From IMG/VR virus record IMGVR_UViG_3300032605_000009, positions 13,526 through 77,525 of that record: 64,000 nt of DNA. One strand, written 5' to 3'. Origin of the DNA: a virus. The stretch's first letter is position 1; each line of letters starts with the position of its first letter. The position numbers were made by a program, and so were the translations under genes. Of the stretch, positions 8,275-17,803 are shown in pieces. The notes under the pieces were generated by a model, which did no database searches, was not told where the DNA came from, and saw only the letters and a program-made list of their open reading frames with translations.

Positions 8275-9537
8275 ATGGCACGTAAGTTTTTAACACCTAT
8301 CAACCTCTCTCAACTAGAGCTGCAGAATGCCGCTATTCAAAACCTGGCAACTGCTCCATCAAGCCCAGTAACAGGTCAAATCTATTTTGATACAACACTT
8401 GGTTACCTCAGAACATGGAATGGCACAGCATGGCTTAACGCCAGCATTGGTGCTAACGGTGCTCAAGGAACACAGGGCATCCAAGGTGTGCAGGGCACAC
8501 AAGGTATTCAGGGTACGCAAGGTATCCAAGGAGTTCAAGGTACCCAAGGCACTCAGGGAACACAAGGTACCCAAGGCACGCAAGGCATCCAAGGCCTAAC
8601 TGGTTCTCAAGGTACACAAGGTACCCAGGGCATCCAAGGAATCACAGGTTCACAAGGAACTCAAGGCATCCAGGGAATTACTGGAGCGCAAGGTACTCAA
8701 GGTATTCAAGGCGTACAAGGAACCCAGGGTACTCAAGGTACACAGGGTGTTCAAGGCCTACAAGGTATCCAGGGAACTAACGCTGGAATCCTTTCAACTG
8801 ATAGCAGCCTTAATATTAACGGCTCTGGTGTTCTTTCTGTCAACACCTCCGTTATAGCTACTAAGGCGTATGTTGATGCAACAGCAGAGGGACTTTCAGT
8901 ACTTGAGTCTGTTCGCACAGATACCAACACTAACCTTAACTTAGCCTCTACTCTTACAACTCTTAACGGCGTAACCCTTGCTAACAACGACCGCGTGTTG
9001 GTTAAGAACCAGACTACCGCTACTCAAAACGGTATCTATATCTATAACTCTACATCTAGCTTACTTGTTGCGTCTACTAACGCAGAAGACACGAACCTTA
9101 AAGAAGGCTCGTTCGTATTCGTAGAAGAAGGTACCAACGCCGCACAAGGTTGGGTTATCACCGCTTACTCAGGTGGAGCTTCTACCTGGACACAGTTCTC
9201 TGCTGCTGGAGAGTACACAGCTGGTAACGGAATCACCATCTCTGGTGGCGCAATCTCAGCTAACTACGGTTCTGGCCTTACAGTTTCTGGCTCACAACTT
9301 GTAGTAGACACCAGCAAGGTTGTTGAAAAATACACAACTCTTATCGGTGATGGTTCAAGCACTAGCTACACAGTTACCCACAACCTAGGCACACAGAGCG
9401 CGATTGCAATCGTTTACGACGCATCAACAAATGCCGAAGTTGTTACTGATGTGGCTTACTCAACATCTAACACCGTAACAATTGGGTTTGCTGTTGCACC
9501 ATCTTCAAACGCTTATCGCGTAGTAGTACACGCTTAA
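8275..9537 (+). CDS. Collagen-like fibre/whisker protein
   Basis: Long (G-x-Q)n tract, DRVLVKNQT..QNGIY domain, C-terminal VTHNLG domain. Confidence 0.75.
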   Translation: MARKFLTPINLSQLELQNAAIQNLATAPSSPVTGQIYFDTTLGYLRTWNGTAWLNASIGANGAQGTQGIQGVQGTQGIQGTQGIQGVQGTQGTQGTQGTQGTQGIQGLTGSQGTQGTQGIQGITGSQGTQGIQGITGAQGTQGIQGVQGTQGTQGTQGVQGLQGIQGTNAGILSTDSSLNINGSGVLSVNTSVIATKAYVDATAEGLSVLESVRTDTNTNLNLASTLTTLNGVTLANNDRVLVKNQTTATQNGIYIYNSTSSLLVASTNAEDTNLKEGSFVFVEEGTNAAQGWVITAYSGGASTWTQFSAAGEYTAGNGITISGGAISANYGSGLTVSGSQLVVDTSKVVEKYTTLIGDGSSTSYTVTHNLGTQSAIAIVYDASTNAEVVTDVAYSTSNTVTIGFAVAPSSNAYRVVVHA

Positions 9538-9551
9538 TCTAGGAGCGCTTA

Positions 9552-9782
9552 ATGTCCCGTAAGTTTGTTGTACCTATAGGGTTGCTAGCGTTAGCTAGTG
9601 ACCCTGTTGGTCATGAAGCTGGGGACGCTTACTACAGCACGACATTAAATGCTATTAAGACATTTGATGGAACTAACTGGACTGCACAATCAAGCACTAC
9701 TTTGGCTGATCTTGATGGGGGAAGTGCTACTTCTAACTACGGCGGCATTACTTCCATTAATGCTGGCACAGCGACAGGATGA
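9552..9782 (+). CDS. Small fibre-associated protein
   Basis: AGGAG SD; N-terminus MSRKFVVPI resembles MARKFLTPI of the 8275 gene. Confidence 0.65.
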   Translation: MSRKFVVPIGLLALASDPVGHEAGDAYYSTTLNAIKTFDGTNWTAQSSTTLADLDGGSATSNYGGITSINAGTATG

Positions 9783-9797
9783 GGATAAAATAACCTA

Positions 9798-12700
9798 ATG
9801 GCTATTCAAATTCAACTTCGCCGCGACACAGCTGCCAACTGGACGTCTGCAAACCCAACTCTAGCTAGCGGTGAACTTGGCTTAGAGACAGACACAGGCA
9901 AGTTTAAAGTCGGTAACGGCTCTACTTCTTGGACATCTCTTTCTTACTCTTCAGGTATTCAAGGCGTTCAAGGCGTTCAAGGAACCATGGGTTACACAGG
10001 TTCTCAAGGCGATATTGGTCCAGAAGGTGCTCAAGGCACACAGGGCGTGCAAGGCACTCAGGGTATTCAAGGAAACCAGGGAACTACTGGTATTCAGGGT
10101 GCTCAGGGAACACAAGGCGTTCAAGGTACTCAAGGCTTGCAGGGACTTCAAGGGGTCCAAGGTACTCAGGGCATCCAAGGAATTTCGGTTCAAGGTACTG
10201 CAGGTACCTCTGTAACAATTCTTGGTTCATATAATACTTACGCAGCTTTAGTAGCCGCACATCCAACAGGTAATAACGGAGACGGCTATATCATTGACCC
10301 TAACCTTTGGGTATGGGAAGGTACACAGTGGGTTAACGTTGGAATTATCCAAGGACCACAAGGAACAAATGGTACGCAAGGAACTCAAGGAGTTCAAGGT
10401 GTTCAAGGACCTCAGGGTCTACAAGGCACCCAAGGCATTCAAGGAACCCAGGGTGTTCAGGGAGTTCAAGGTCTTTTAGGTATTCAAGGATTTGTTGGCC
10501 TTCAAGGATTAACTGGTGCCCAAGGAACCCAGGGTGTTCTAGGTACACAAGGGGCGCAAGGTACACAAGGAGTTCAGGGAACCCAAGGTGTGCAGGGTAC
10601 CCAGGGTACTCAAGGCATCACTGGAGCTCAAGGAGCAACTGGTACACAAGGTGCAACAGGACAAACTGGAACCCAAGGAACTCAAGGAGTTCAGGGGGCC
10701 CAGGGTACTCAAGGCATCCAGGGTATCCAAGGAGTAACAGGTGCTCAAGGCACTACAGGAGATCAAGGCACCCAAGGCACCCAAGGCACCCAAGGCACCC
10801 AAGGCACTCAGGGTATTCAAGGACTCCAGGGAGTTCAGGGGCCTCAAGGTACTCAAGGTACTCAAGGTACTCAAGGTACTCAAGGTATCCAAGGAAACCA
10901 AGGTCTACAAGGAATTCAAGGCATCACAGGTTCGCAGGGAACTACTGGTCAAACAGGAGCTCAGGGAACCCAGGGAATTCAAGGTGTTCAAGGTCTTCTA
11001 GGTATTCAAGGCTTACAGGGAAACCAAGGAACCGTTGGTATTCAAGGAGCAACTGGTACTCAAGGAACGCAAGGTATTCAAGGTGTTCAGGGCACTCAAG
11101 GTGTTCAAGGAACCCAGGGAATTCAGGGCACTCAAGGAACACAGGGCACACAGGGAATTACAGGTTCTCAAGGAACTACTGGCACAACAGGCGCACAGGG
11201 AATTACAGGTACTACTGGTATCCAAGGTGTACAGGGTACACAAGGCCTACAAGGACTGCAAGGTGTTCAGGGCACTCAAGGTATTCAAGGCCTTATGGGT
11301 GCTACAAGTACCGCTAACGCTCACCAATCTGTAAACCTAGCAACTGCCTCCGCAGTGCTTCCTAACTCTCCAACGTATACAAACGGAACTTCCGACCTTA
11401 ACGGCGGAACAGGTATTGGTGCTAACCTTACTGCCACTACATTTGGCGCTTTAGTAGTTGACAGCGTAACTGTTACCTCAGGACAAAGAATCCTCGTTAA
11501 GGATCAAGCAAACGCAATTCAAAATGGTATCTACACAGTTACCACTGTTGGATCTGGTTCTGCGTACTGGGTTCTTACCCGTTCATCAGATTACAGCAAC
11601 TCAGTGTCAGCAGAAGATGTTGAGCCTGGTGACTACGTTACCGTTCTTGCTGGAACCGTAAACGCGATTACTACGTGGATTCAGTACGACGTGGGTTCAA
11701 ATTCTGATGAATCTATTAAACTTGGCACAGACGCAATCAACTGGACTAAGACCTCTGGTGTAGGTTTACAAGGCCCTACAGGCCCTACTGGCGCTGGTGG
11801 AACAATTGCTTACTATGGTTCATTCTTTGACACCACAACTCAGTCTAATGCAGGCTACCCTTCAGCGGCTAACGTTGTTGCTATCAACAGCACTGGCGTA
11901 AGCAATGGCGTATCTGTTGTGTCTGGCAATCAACTTACCTTTACTTACGCTGGCACTTACCTTATTAACTTTATTGGCCAGTTCATTACTAGCGGCGGTG
12001 GAAGCAATTACCAAGTAACAGTTTGGTACACCAAGAATGGCTCACCAGTAACAGGTGCTGCATACACATTCACCACTGCTGGAGTCAACGAGCAAGTATC
12101 TGCAAACGTAGAAAACACTTTGACTTTGGCTGCTGGAGATTACATCCAGTTCTACTGGTACTCAAACAATCAGTACATGCAGTTGGTACCGACTTCGGCT
12201 GGAACATCACCAACCCGACCATCTGCACCTAGCCTTGTAGTCAATGCGATGCAGGTTACATATACACAGGCTGGACCGACAGGAGCCACTGGTGCTCAAG
12301 GCATTACTGGTACACAAGGCATCACGGGTTCTCAGGGAGCAGTTGGTTCTCAAGGAACAACGGGAACACAGGGCACCACTGGGGTCACAGGTGCACAAGG
12401 TACTCAAGGAATCCAAGGAATCCAAGGAAACCAAGGCACACAAGGTATCCAAGGAATAACTGGTTCTCAGGGACTTACTGGGGCTCAGGGAATCACTGGT
12501 TCTCAAGGCGCTACTGGGGCTCAAGGAACGCAAGGCGTTCAAGGAAACCAGGGAGCTACTGGTATTCAAGGAAACCAAGGAACTCAAGGAGTTCAGGGTG
12601 TCCAAGGAACCCAAGGTATCCAGGGCAACCAAGGTACTAATGGCATCCAAGGAACTACTGGAGCTCAAGGACTTACAGGATCTCAAGGAACTATTGGAAC

Positions 12701-13676
12701 CCAGGGTGCAACAGGTTTTCAGGGAACTCAAGGAGTTCAAGGAACAATTGGTGTCCAAGGCTTCACAGGTATTCAAGGCTTAACTGGTCTACAAGGACTT
12801 ATCGGTTCACAGGGAACTACTGGTTCTCAGGGAACTGCTGGATTTGTTGGCTCAAATGGTTCTCAAGGTACAACTGGTGCTCAGGGAACCGTGGGTGCTC
12901 AAGGTGCCACAGGAACTCAAGGCCTAACAGGTTCACAAGGAGCAACAGGTACCCAGGGTCTACAAGGTACTCAGGGCGGTTCAGGAATTGTTACTGTTGG
13001 CAATGGCCTTCAGTACACCTCTGGAACTTTATCGCTACAGGCTGTTACAGGTACTGGATATACAACTGTACTATCTACAAGTCCAACTCTTACTACTCCA
13101 GTTATTGGTGCTGCAACAGGTACATCCCTAGCGCTTCAGTACACAGCTAATACAACTACTAACGCAGGAGCTCTTGCTGTTGGTGGCAATACAACGACGT
13201 CTACTGGACAGCTAGCTACCTTCGTAGGCGCTGATACCCAGTACGCAAACGTAATTCTTCAGAACTCAAACAGTGCCAATACTGCATATGCAGCGTTTGT
13301 TACAGCTAACGATCAATATGCTTCTAGCGGCTCTTATATGGAGATGGGTACTAACAGCAGTACCTACGCATCCTCTAACGGTCTTGGATATCCAGCTAAC
13401 TCGTTTACCTTACAGGGGGTTAACTTCCTTGAGGCTAACAACGGTGATTTCACCATTGGTACCTGGACAAACAACGCTATACACTTCGTTGTAAACGGCC
13501 AGACCAACACAGCTGATGCGCTTACGATTGCAACCTCTGGAGCTATCACAGCATCCAGCACCATCACCTCTACAGCATTTAAGACATCTGGTGGAACAGC
13601 TAATCAGATTGTTAAGGGTGACGGTTCGCTATCTCAGGACTTTACAGCTCTAACCCTGTGCTTTGGTGGGCTCTAA
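9798..13676 (+). CDS. Large collagen-like tail fibre protein with Mtd_N-like N-terminus
   Basis: IQLRRDTAANW...GELGLETDTGKFKVGNG N-terminus; three long GxQ tracts separated by globular domains. Confidence 0.8.
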   Translation: MAIQIQLRRDTAANWTSANPTLASGELGLETDTGKFKVGNGSTSWTSLSYSSGIQGVQGVQGTMGYTGSQGDIGPEGAQGTQGVQGTQGIQGNQGTTGIQGAQGTQGVQGTQGLQGLQGVQGTQGIQGISVQGTAGTSVTILGSYNTYAALVAAHPTGNNGDGYIIDPNLWVWEGTQWVNVGIIQGPQGTNGTQGTQGVQGVQGPQGLQGTQGIQGTQGVQGVQGLLGIQGFVGLQGLTGAQGTQGVLGTQGAQGTQGVQGTQGVQGTQGTQGITGAQGATGTQGATGQTGTQGTQGVQGAQGTQGIQGIQGVTGAQGTTGDQGTQGTQGTQGTQGTQGIQGLQGVQGPQGTQGTQGTQGTQGIQGNQGLQGIQGITGSQGTTGQTGAQGTQGIQGVQGLLGIQGLQGNQGTVGIQGATGTQGTQGIQGVQGTQGVQGTQGIQGTQGTQGTQGITGSQGTTGTTGAQGITGTTGIQGVQGTQGLQGLQGVQGTQGIQGLMGATSTANAHQSVNLATASAVLPNSPTYTNGTSDLNGGTGIGANLTATTFGALVVDSVTVTSGQRILVKDQANAIQNGIYTVTTVGSGSAYWVLTRSSDYSNSVSAEDVEPGDYVTVLAGTVNAITTWIQYDVGSNSDESIKLGTDAINWTKTSGVGLQGPTGPTGAGGTIAYYGSFFDTTTQSNAGYPSAANVVAINSTGVSNGVSVVSGNQLTFTYAGTYLINFIGQFITSGGGSNYQVTVWYTKNGSPVTGAAYTFTTAGVNEQVSANVENTLTLAAGDYIQFYWYSNNQYMQLVPTSAGTSPTRPSAPSLVVNAMQVTYTQAGPTGATGAQGITGTQGITGSQGAVGSQGTTGTQGTTGVTGAQGTQGIQGIQGNQGTQGIQGITGSQGLTGAQGITGSQGATGAQGTQGVQGNQGATGIQGNQGTQGVQGVQGTQGIQGNQGTNGIQGTTGAQGLTGSQGTIGTQGATGFQGTQGVQGTIGVQGFTGIQGLTGLQGLIGSQGTTGSQGTAGFVGSNGSQGTTGAQGTVGAQGATGTQGLTGSQGATGTQGLQGTQGGSGIVTVGNGLQYTSGTLSLQAVTGTGYTTVLSTSPTLTTPVIGAATGTSLALQYTANTTTNAGALAVGGNTTTSTGQLATFVGADTQYANVILQNSNSANTAYAAFVTANDQYASSGSYMEMGTNSSTYASSNGLGYPANSFTLQGVNFLEANNGDFTIGTWTNNAIHFVVNGQTNTADALTIATSGAITASSTITSTAFKTSGGTANQIVKGDGSLSQDFTALTLCFGGL
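10764..10880 (+). repeat. Perfect 9-bp tandem repeats (CAAGGCACC x4; CAAGGTACT x4) within the collagen tract
   Basis: Seen at 10764-10799 and 10845-10880. Confidence 0.8.
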
Positions 13677-14344
13677 CGTAGCCAAATCATTCCGACATCA
13701 GCTGTCGGTCTTAGATTAGCTTCTTTCCAGCCGCCTGAGGTCCAGGCTTCTTCATGCTTGGATACCCACTCTACTAGGGCAAACGTGTTGTCTTCTTGTA
13801 GTGGGAACCACTCTTCAGGTTGATCTAAATGGTTAACAATGAATTGAGGTGCGTACTCTCGGTATCCAAGGTTGTAAAGGTAGTCCAGTTGTAGCTCATG
13901 CTCTGTAAGGGTAGCGTCAGTCCACTCAAAGGTAAGCATCCCATACTTCTGAGCCATGCCCTTAAAAACCAGCCACTCAGCACCTTCTACGTCAACCTTA
14001 ATGAGCTCAGGTGTACCGTAAGCTCTTACTAAAGAATCTATGGTAGTGGTATTAACAACTACCTCTCTATAAGGCTTACCTGCATACGGCATAGTCTCAT
14101 CAGTAAGCCAGTCCTTATTAAGTGTAGACAGGCCATCCTCATCAGCTTCATAGAAGGTAACAGTCTCGTTATCCACATTAGAAACTGCATATTTAAGAGG
14201 CACAACATTAGAGTTGTAGATAAAGTTACTGACCAACTGCTTATAAACGCGAGGGGCGGCTTCTACAGCTATAACTCTAGCTCCCATACTTAGGGCCACT
14301 AGGGTGGCATCTCCGCGGTTAGCTCCAATATCAAAGACCAGCAT
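13673..14344 (-). CDS. FkbM-family SAM methyltransferase
   Basis: VFDIGANRG and LIKVDVEGAE motifs. Confidence 0.88.
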   Translation of the reverse strand: MLVFDIGANRGDATLVALSMGARVIAVEAAPRVYKQLVSNFIYNSNVVPLKYAVSNVDNETVTFYEADEDGLSTLNKDWLTDETMPYAGKPYREVVVNTTTIDSLVRAYGTPELIKVDVEGAEWLVFKGMAQKYGMLTFEWTDATLTEHELQLDYLYNLGYREYAPQFIVNHLDQPEEWFPLQEDNTFALVEWVSKHEEAWTSGGWKEANLRPTADVGMIWLR

Positions 14345-14909
14345 TAGGATCTATCCTTTTCAAATTGTCGACAATTGCTGAACGGTAGTTATCTTTAATG
14401 TTCATAAGTAGCATGGTGTGAAAGAGGTCTTTAGCCTCTTCTACGCGACCTACCCACCAACCACATACAGCACGCTCAAACATTAGTGAGTAATCGCCCT
14501 CATAGTCTAAAAAAGGATTTGAGTAGCTTCTGTCTTCCATACCGTCAACAAGGTCAAGCCCGATACCAGACCAAGTATACGCCTCTTGCCATTCGCCGTT
14601 GCGCTCATGGAACCTAGACATCAAGAAATAACCCTCTACCTCATTTGGGCAAAGCTCAACTGCCTGCAAGATACAGTTACTAACTGTATATTTACGATCG
14701 TTTTGGTTTTCAAAGCAAATAGATGTACGCAATAAAGATTGGTACGCCAGCTTACGGTGCGTCTCATATCCATACTCTGCCGTGCGAAGATAGAAAGAAA
14801 CAGCCGAGGCGGTCTGCCCTAGGCGGTCGTACTCTTGTGCGCAGGCAAAGTTAAGCTCAGGATTAAACGGATCCTTAGAAAGTTCAACTACTAGTTCTTC
14901 AATTTGCAT
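14331..14909 (-). CDS. TPR-like helical repeat protein
   Basis: Helical repeats with AVSFYLR and AVELCPNEVEGYFLMSRF patterns. Confidence 0.65.
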   Translation of the reverse strand: MQIEELVVELSKDPFNPELNFACAQEYDRLGQTASAVSFYLRTAEYGYETHRKLAYQSLLRTSICFENQNDRKYTVSNCILQAVELCPNEVEGYFLMSRFHERNGEWQEAYTWSGIGLDLVDGMEDRSYSNPFLDYEGDYSLMFERAVCGWWVGRVEEAKDLFHTMLLMNIKDNYRSAIVDNLKRIDPNAGL

Positions 14910-15897
14910 AGTTAAGAGCCTCCATGATCAAGTCTTCCACCACAAGCTTTGGGGTACGAAGTACGAATGCTGCGTTATCTTGGAATCCAAACGAGATAAG
15001 CAGATCTTCTCCCTGGATGGCGGCGCCTACAGCAAACTCAATTCGAGCATCTAGGAACGAGAAGGTGTTGGAGTAACCGATTAGATTAAGCTCGTTATCC
15101 CAAAGGACTAGGCGGTGGCGATAGATACCGTCCTTCTGGTTAAGGTAATTCTTGAAAAGGTTGACCTCATGGGTAATCGCAATGTACATGTTGCCCCACT
15201 TGACTACCTGTGAACCACCCCGTTGGTCGGATGGTGGAGTAGGGGCTTGCTTTACAAATACCTGTTCGACCTTAGGCTCATTAGGATCAGCCAAAACTAG
15301 CTCAGTAGGAGATGTCCACTTAATGAAGTGGAACGGTGCGTCTAAGATGCCATACCAGTTCTTCTCACAGTATGAGTTGTCCTCACCAGGAGCTGGTATG
15401 CGTGTGCGCTGAACTTCCTTAACTGTCCAGTTAGCTTTATCAATCTCAATCTTGCTGTATTCCATGCGGCCTTCGCCATGGGCGGTAGTGTCGCGGCGAA
15501 CGCCTACTAAGTAGTACTCGCCCTCCCACTGATACATGCGAGCGTCCTCTAAGCCTACAAACTCCCAGATTGGAGTATGCAGTTCAAGCATTTCTACCTT
15601 GGCGTAGTCAGTCATCTCTAAGTTTGGGTTGAGACGGCATACGTAGTTTTCGGTGCGCAGGTGCTGATCCTTTTCAGGATGAAGGTAGGAGAGCGGGCCC
15701 CAGCGGCTAGGGAAGAGCTGCTCGTTCTCAGAGTGGTAGAGCGTGTAGTTGACGTGGCGCAGATTGACCAGAATATCCCCGTCGTCGTCTATAAAGACCG
15801 AGGGGTTCATTAGTCCAGTACCTGCTTTCAGGCCCTTTTCTATTAAGAGAGGAGCTAGTTTTCCACCTTGAGCCACGGCCCGTTGCACCAAATTCAT
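14899..15897 (-). CDS. Five-bladed beta-propeller, glycoside hydrolase-like (GH43/GH130-like) protein
   Basis: NPSV, GLEDAR, CEKNW, RGGS and IEFAVG motifs; leaderless ATG at 15897. Confidence 0.65.
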   Translation of the reverse strand: MNLVQRAVAQGGKLAPLLIEKGLKAGTGLMNPSVFIDDDGDILVNLRHVNYTLYHSENEQLFPSRWGPLSYLHPEKDQHLRTENYVCRLNPNLEMTDYAKVEMLELHTPIWEFVGLEDARMYQWEGEYYLVGVRRDTTAHGEGRMEYSKIEIDKANWTVKEVQRTRIPAPGEDNSYCEKNWYGILDAPFHFIKWTSPTELVLADPNEPKVEQVFVKQAPTPPSDQRGGSQVVKWGNMYIAITHEVNLFKNYLNQKDGIYRHRLVLWDNELNLIGYSNTFSFLDARIEFAVGAAIQGEDLLISFGFQDNAAFVLRTPKLVVEDLIMEALNYAN

Positions 15898-15937
15898 ATG
15901 CACAGTGTATCAGGTTCAAATGCCGTACCCTATAAGG
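15898..15937. promoter_or_regulatory. Back-to-back divergent leaderless promoters
   Basis: Minus strand: TGaTACACT-N6-ATG(15897). Plus strand: TACCCT(15926)-N6-ATG(15938). Confidence 0.55.
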
Positions 15938-16477
15938 ATGCGTGGAATCCAGCCTGGCGGTCGTTTTGACATCGCCTACGAGACTAGTTCACTGCTTGAT
16001 GGCATCGACTCCGAGGTTACCAAGACGGTAGGAACTGTTGTTCAGTGGTGGGTTTATAACGCGGCAGGTACTACTGTAGATCCAATCTACGATGTAGGCT
16101 CCATCGGCGGCGGTCGTCTATGGCACGGCCCATTTGACCTACCTGTTATCAAGGCAATTGTTAAGCAGGGTGTTGTGCAGGAAGACGTTCGAGGCTTCTA
16201 CAACACTGAATCTATCCACCTGCTTATTGACGCCAATGACGCTGAGGCCATCTACCCTAACGTCTTTATGAACCCAGAGCTGCAGGACCGCAGCCGTATT
16301 GTCTGGAACGGTAGCGTTTACCGCCCTAATAATGTCCAGCCTCGTGCCATTATTGCCAACCAATATACCCTTCTATTTGTCGAATGCCTTCAGGTCATGC
16401 CTGAAGAAATGGTTAATGACACCCAGTTTGTCCAGTATGCCAGCCCTGTCCCAGATACATTTGAGGAGCTTAGCTGA
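15938..16477 (+). CDS. Head-to-tail stopper / closure-like protein
   Basis: DRSRIVWNGSVYRP beta-barrel motif; start reassigned from 15905 to leaderless ATG 15938. Confidence 0.55.
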   Translation: MRGIQPGGRFDIAYETSSLLDGIDSEVTKTVGTVVQWWVYNAAGTTVDPIYDVGSIGGGRLWHGPFDLPVIKAIVKQGVVQEDVRGFYNTESIHLLIDANDAEAIYPNVFMNPELQDRSRIVWNGSVYRPNNVQPRAIIANQYTLLFVECLQVMPEEMVNDTQFVQYASPVPDTFEELS

Positions 16478-16608
16478 TGCCATTTAAGTCAAAAGCTCAA
16501 GAGGCTTACATGTTTATCCATCACCCTCAGATGGCCAAGCAGTGGGCCAAGATCACTCCTAACCCTCAGTCTCTACCAGAGAAGGTAAGTAAGAATGCCA
16601 ACAAGTAA
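16477..16608 (+). CDS. Basic microprotein (43 aa, MPFKSKAQEAYMF...)
   Basis: GAGGAG SD, TGATG coupling; not in ORF track. Confidence 0.65.
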   Translation: MPFKSKAQEAYMFIHHPQMAKQWAKITPNPQSLPEKVSKNANK

Positions 16609-16822
16609 AAGCCCTAAGAAAATAGTCGCTAAGAAGACTGTCAAGGTAGCTGGCCAAAAGCACGTTGTCGAGAAGAAGGCTAACGGCGAGATTGATGTTG
16701 CACATCCAAATGGCGGAAAGACCTACAACCTTTCTAAGCTGGCTGGAGCCAAGACCATCAAACAAGGAACCGCTTCAGTCAAGAAGTGGCACAGTACCCA
16801 CCCTAAGAAAGGCGGCAAATAA
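16595..16822 (+). CDS. Lys-rich small protein
   Basis: 75-aa ORF in coupled operon. Confidence 0.65.
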   Translation: MPTSKSPKKIVAKKTVKVAGQKHVVEKKANGEIDVAHPNGGKTYNLSKLAGAKTIKQGTASVKKWHSTHPKKGGK

Positions 16823-17130
16823 TGGCGCTAACACACTCAGTTGTAACCCTTAACGCTTCAACAGCTGTATCCCTTAATACGGATCCTGCAGTAACTACCT
16901 CTATTGAGGCTCGTAACAAGTGGCAGTACGGCACAATCTCTATCCAAAATACTGACGCAACAATTACAGTCTACCTAGGCGGGTCTACCGTCAGCTCTTC
17001 TTCTTATGGCGTTCAGCTTATTGCTGGAGCTTCAGTAACCCTAGACAGCCTTGGACCTGAAGACGTCATCTACGCAATTGCAGCCTCAGGAACTCCTAAA
17101 GTTGCGACCTTGATGGTCACCACTGCATGA
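16822..17130 (+). CDS. Small beta-rich structural (decoration-like) protein
   Basis: ISIQN...VYLGG..V....G..L motif; TAATG coupling. Confidence 0.6.
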   Translation: MALTHSVVTLNASTAVSLNTDPAVTTSIEARNKWQYGTISIQNTDATITVYLGGSTVSSSSYGVQLIAGASVTLDSLGPEDVIYAIAASGTPKVATLMVTTA

Positions 17131-17216
17131 GCATCCGCATAACTAAAAAGGGCGAGAGAATCAGCGTAGCTACCGCATCTCAGTCCAAGAACACCATTAA
17201 GATCAAGAAACCCTAA
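17127..17216 (+). CDS. Basic microprotein (29 aa, MSIRITKKG...)
   Basis: ATGA overlap with the previous gene; fills the gap. Confidence 0.5.
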   Translation: MSIRITKKGERISVATASQSKNTIKIKKP

Positions 17217-17226
17217 GGAGTAGGAC

Positions 17227-17418
17227 ATGGATAAGAAGAAAAAGAAGCCACTAGGCGAGGGCTCTCGCTTTGAAGATATTGAAAAGAAGGCAGCTAAGTC
17301 TGGCGCCAAGAACCCAGCGGCTGTTGCTGCTGCAGCAGGCGACAAGAAGTACGGAATTGCTAAGATGGAGAAGCTTGCTCAAAAGGGCAAGAAAGACGCT
17401 AAGAAAGGTAAGAAATAA
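17227..17418 (+). CDS. Lys/Ala-rich small protein
   Basis: AAGGAG SD; LGEGSRF...KNPAAVAA..G.KKYG motif. Confidence 0.7.
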   Translation: MDKKKKKPLGEGSRFEDIEKKAAKSGAKNPAAVAAAAGDKKYGIAKMEKLAQKGKKDAKKGKK

Positions 17419-17543
17419 TGTGCATGTCATGTGGATGCGGTAAGAAGAAAGGCGAAGCTGGATACGGCAAGGGCAAGATGGCTGCTAAGAAGGCCGCTGC
17501 TAAGCCAATGGCTTCTATGAAGAAGATGGGCAAGAAGAAGTAA
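17418..17543 (+). CDS. Lys-rich microprotein (41 aa, MCMSCGCGKKK...)
   Basis: TAATG coupling; not in ORF track. Confidence 0.6.
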   Translation: MCMSCGCGKKKGEAGYGKGKMAAKKAAAKPMASMKKMGKKK

Positions 17544-17699
17544 GTGGCCCACAAAGATTCAAAATGGGAGAAGGGGATGACCCCGGCCCAGAAGGAAAAG
17601 TTTGAAAAGAAGGACGCTAAGAACGACAAGGCGCTAGCCGAGGAGATCAAGAAGTCCGTCAAGCCAAAGAAGGCCACGAAGACCAAGAAGTCTAAGTAA
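17544..17699 (+). CDS. Lys-rich microprotein (51 aa, MAHKDSKWEKG...)
   Basis: GTG immediately after the previous stop; ends before the terminator. Confidence 0.6.
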   Translation: MAHKDSKWEKGMTPAQKEKFEKKDAKNDKALAEEIKKSVKPKKATKTKKSK

Positions 17700-17704
17700 T
17701 GCTT

Positions 17705-17724
17705 AGCCCCCGAAAGGGGGCTTT
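17705..17724 (+). terminator. Rho-independent terminator
   Basis: AGCCCCC-GAAA-GGGGGCT followed by TT. Confidence 0.7.
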
Positions 17725-17803
17725 GTCATTTATCCTTAAATAGTAGTCCTGTGCGGGACTGCGGCTATACCTTGCGAACACCCTGCTTCCATTAGGAGTT
17801 ACG

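Noticed and set aside
8455-12980. CRISPR array or diversity-generating retroelement suggested by the repeats and the Mtd_N-like domain
   Set aside because: The repeats are in-frame GxQ codons without spacers; no reverse transcriptase or TR/VR pair is visible.
8359-13567. Antisense and alternate-frame ORFs over the collagen genes (and similar shadow ORFs elsewhere)
   Set aside because: By-products of repetitive or biased codon usage; no SD and no protein-like motifs.
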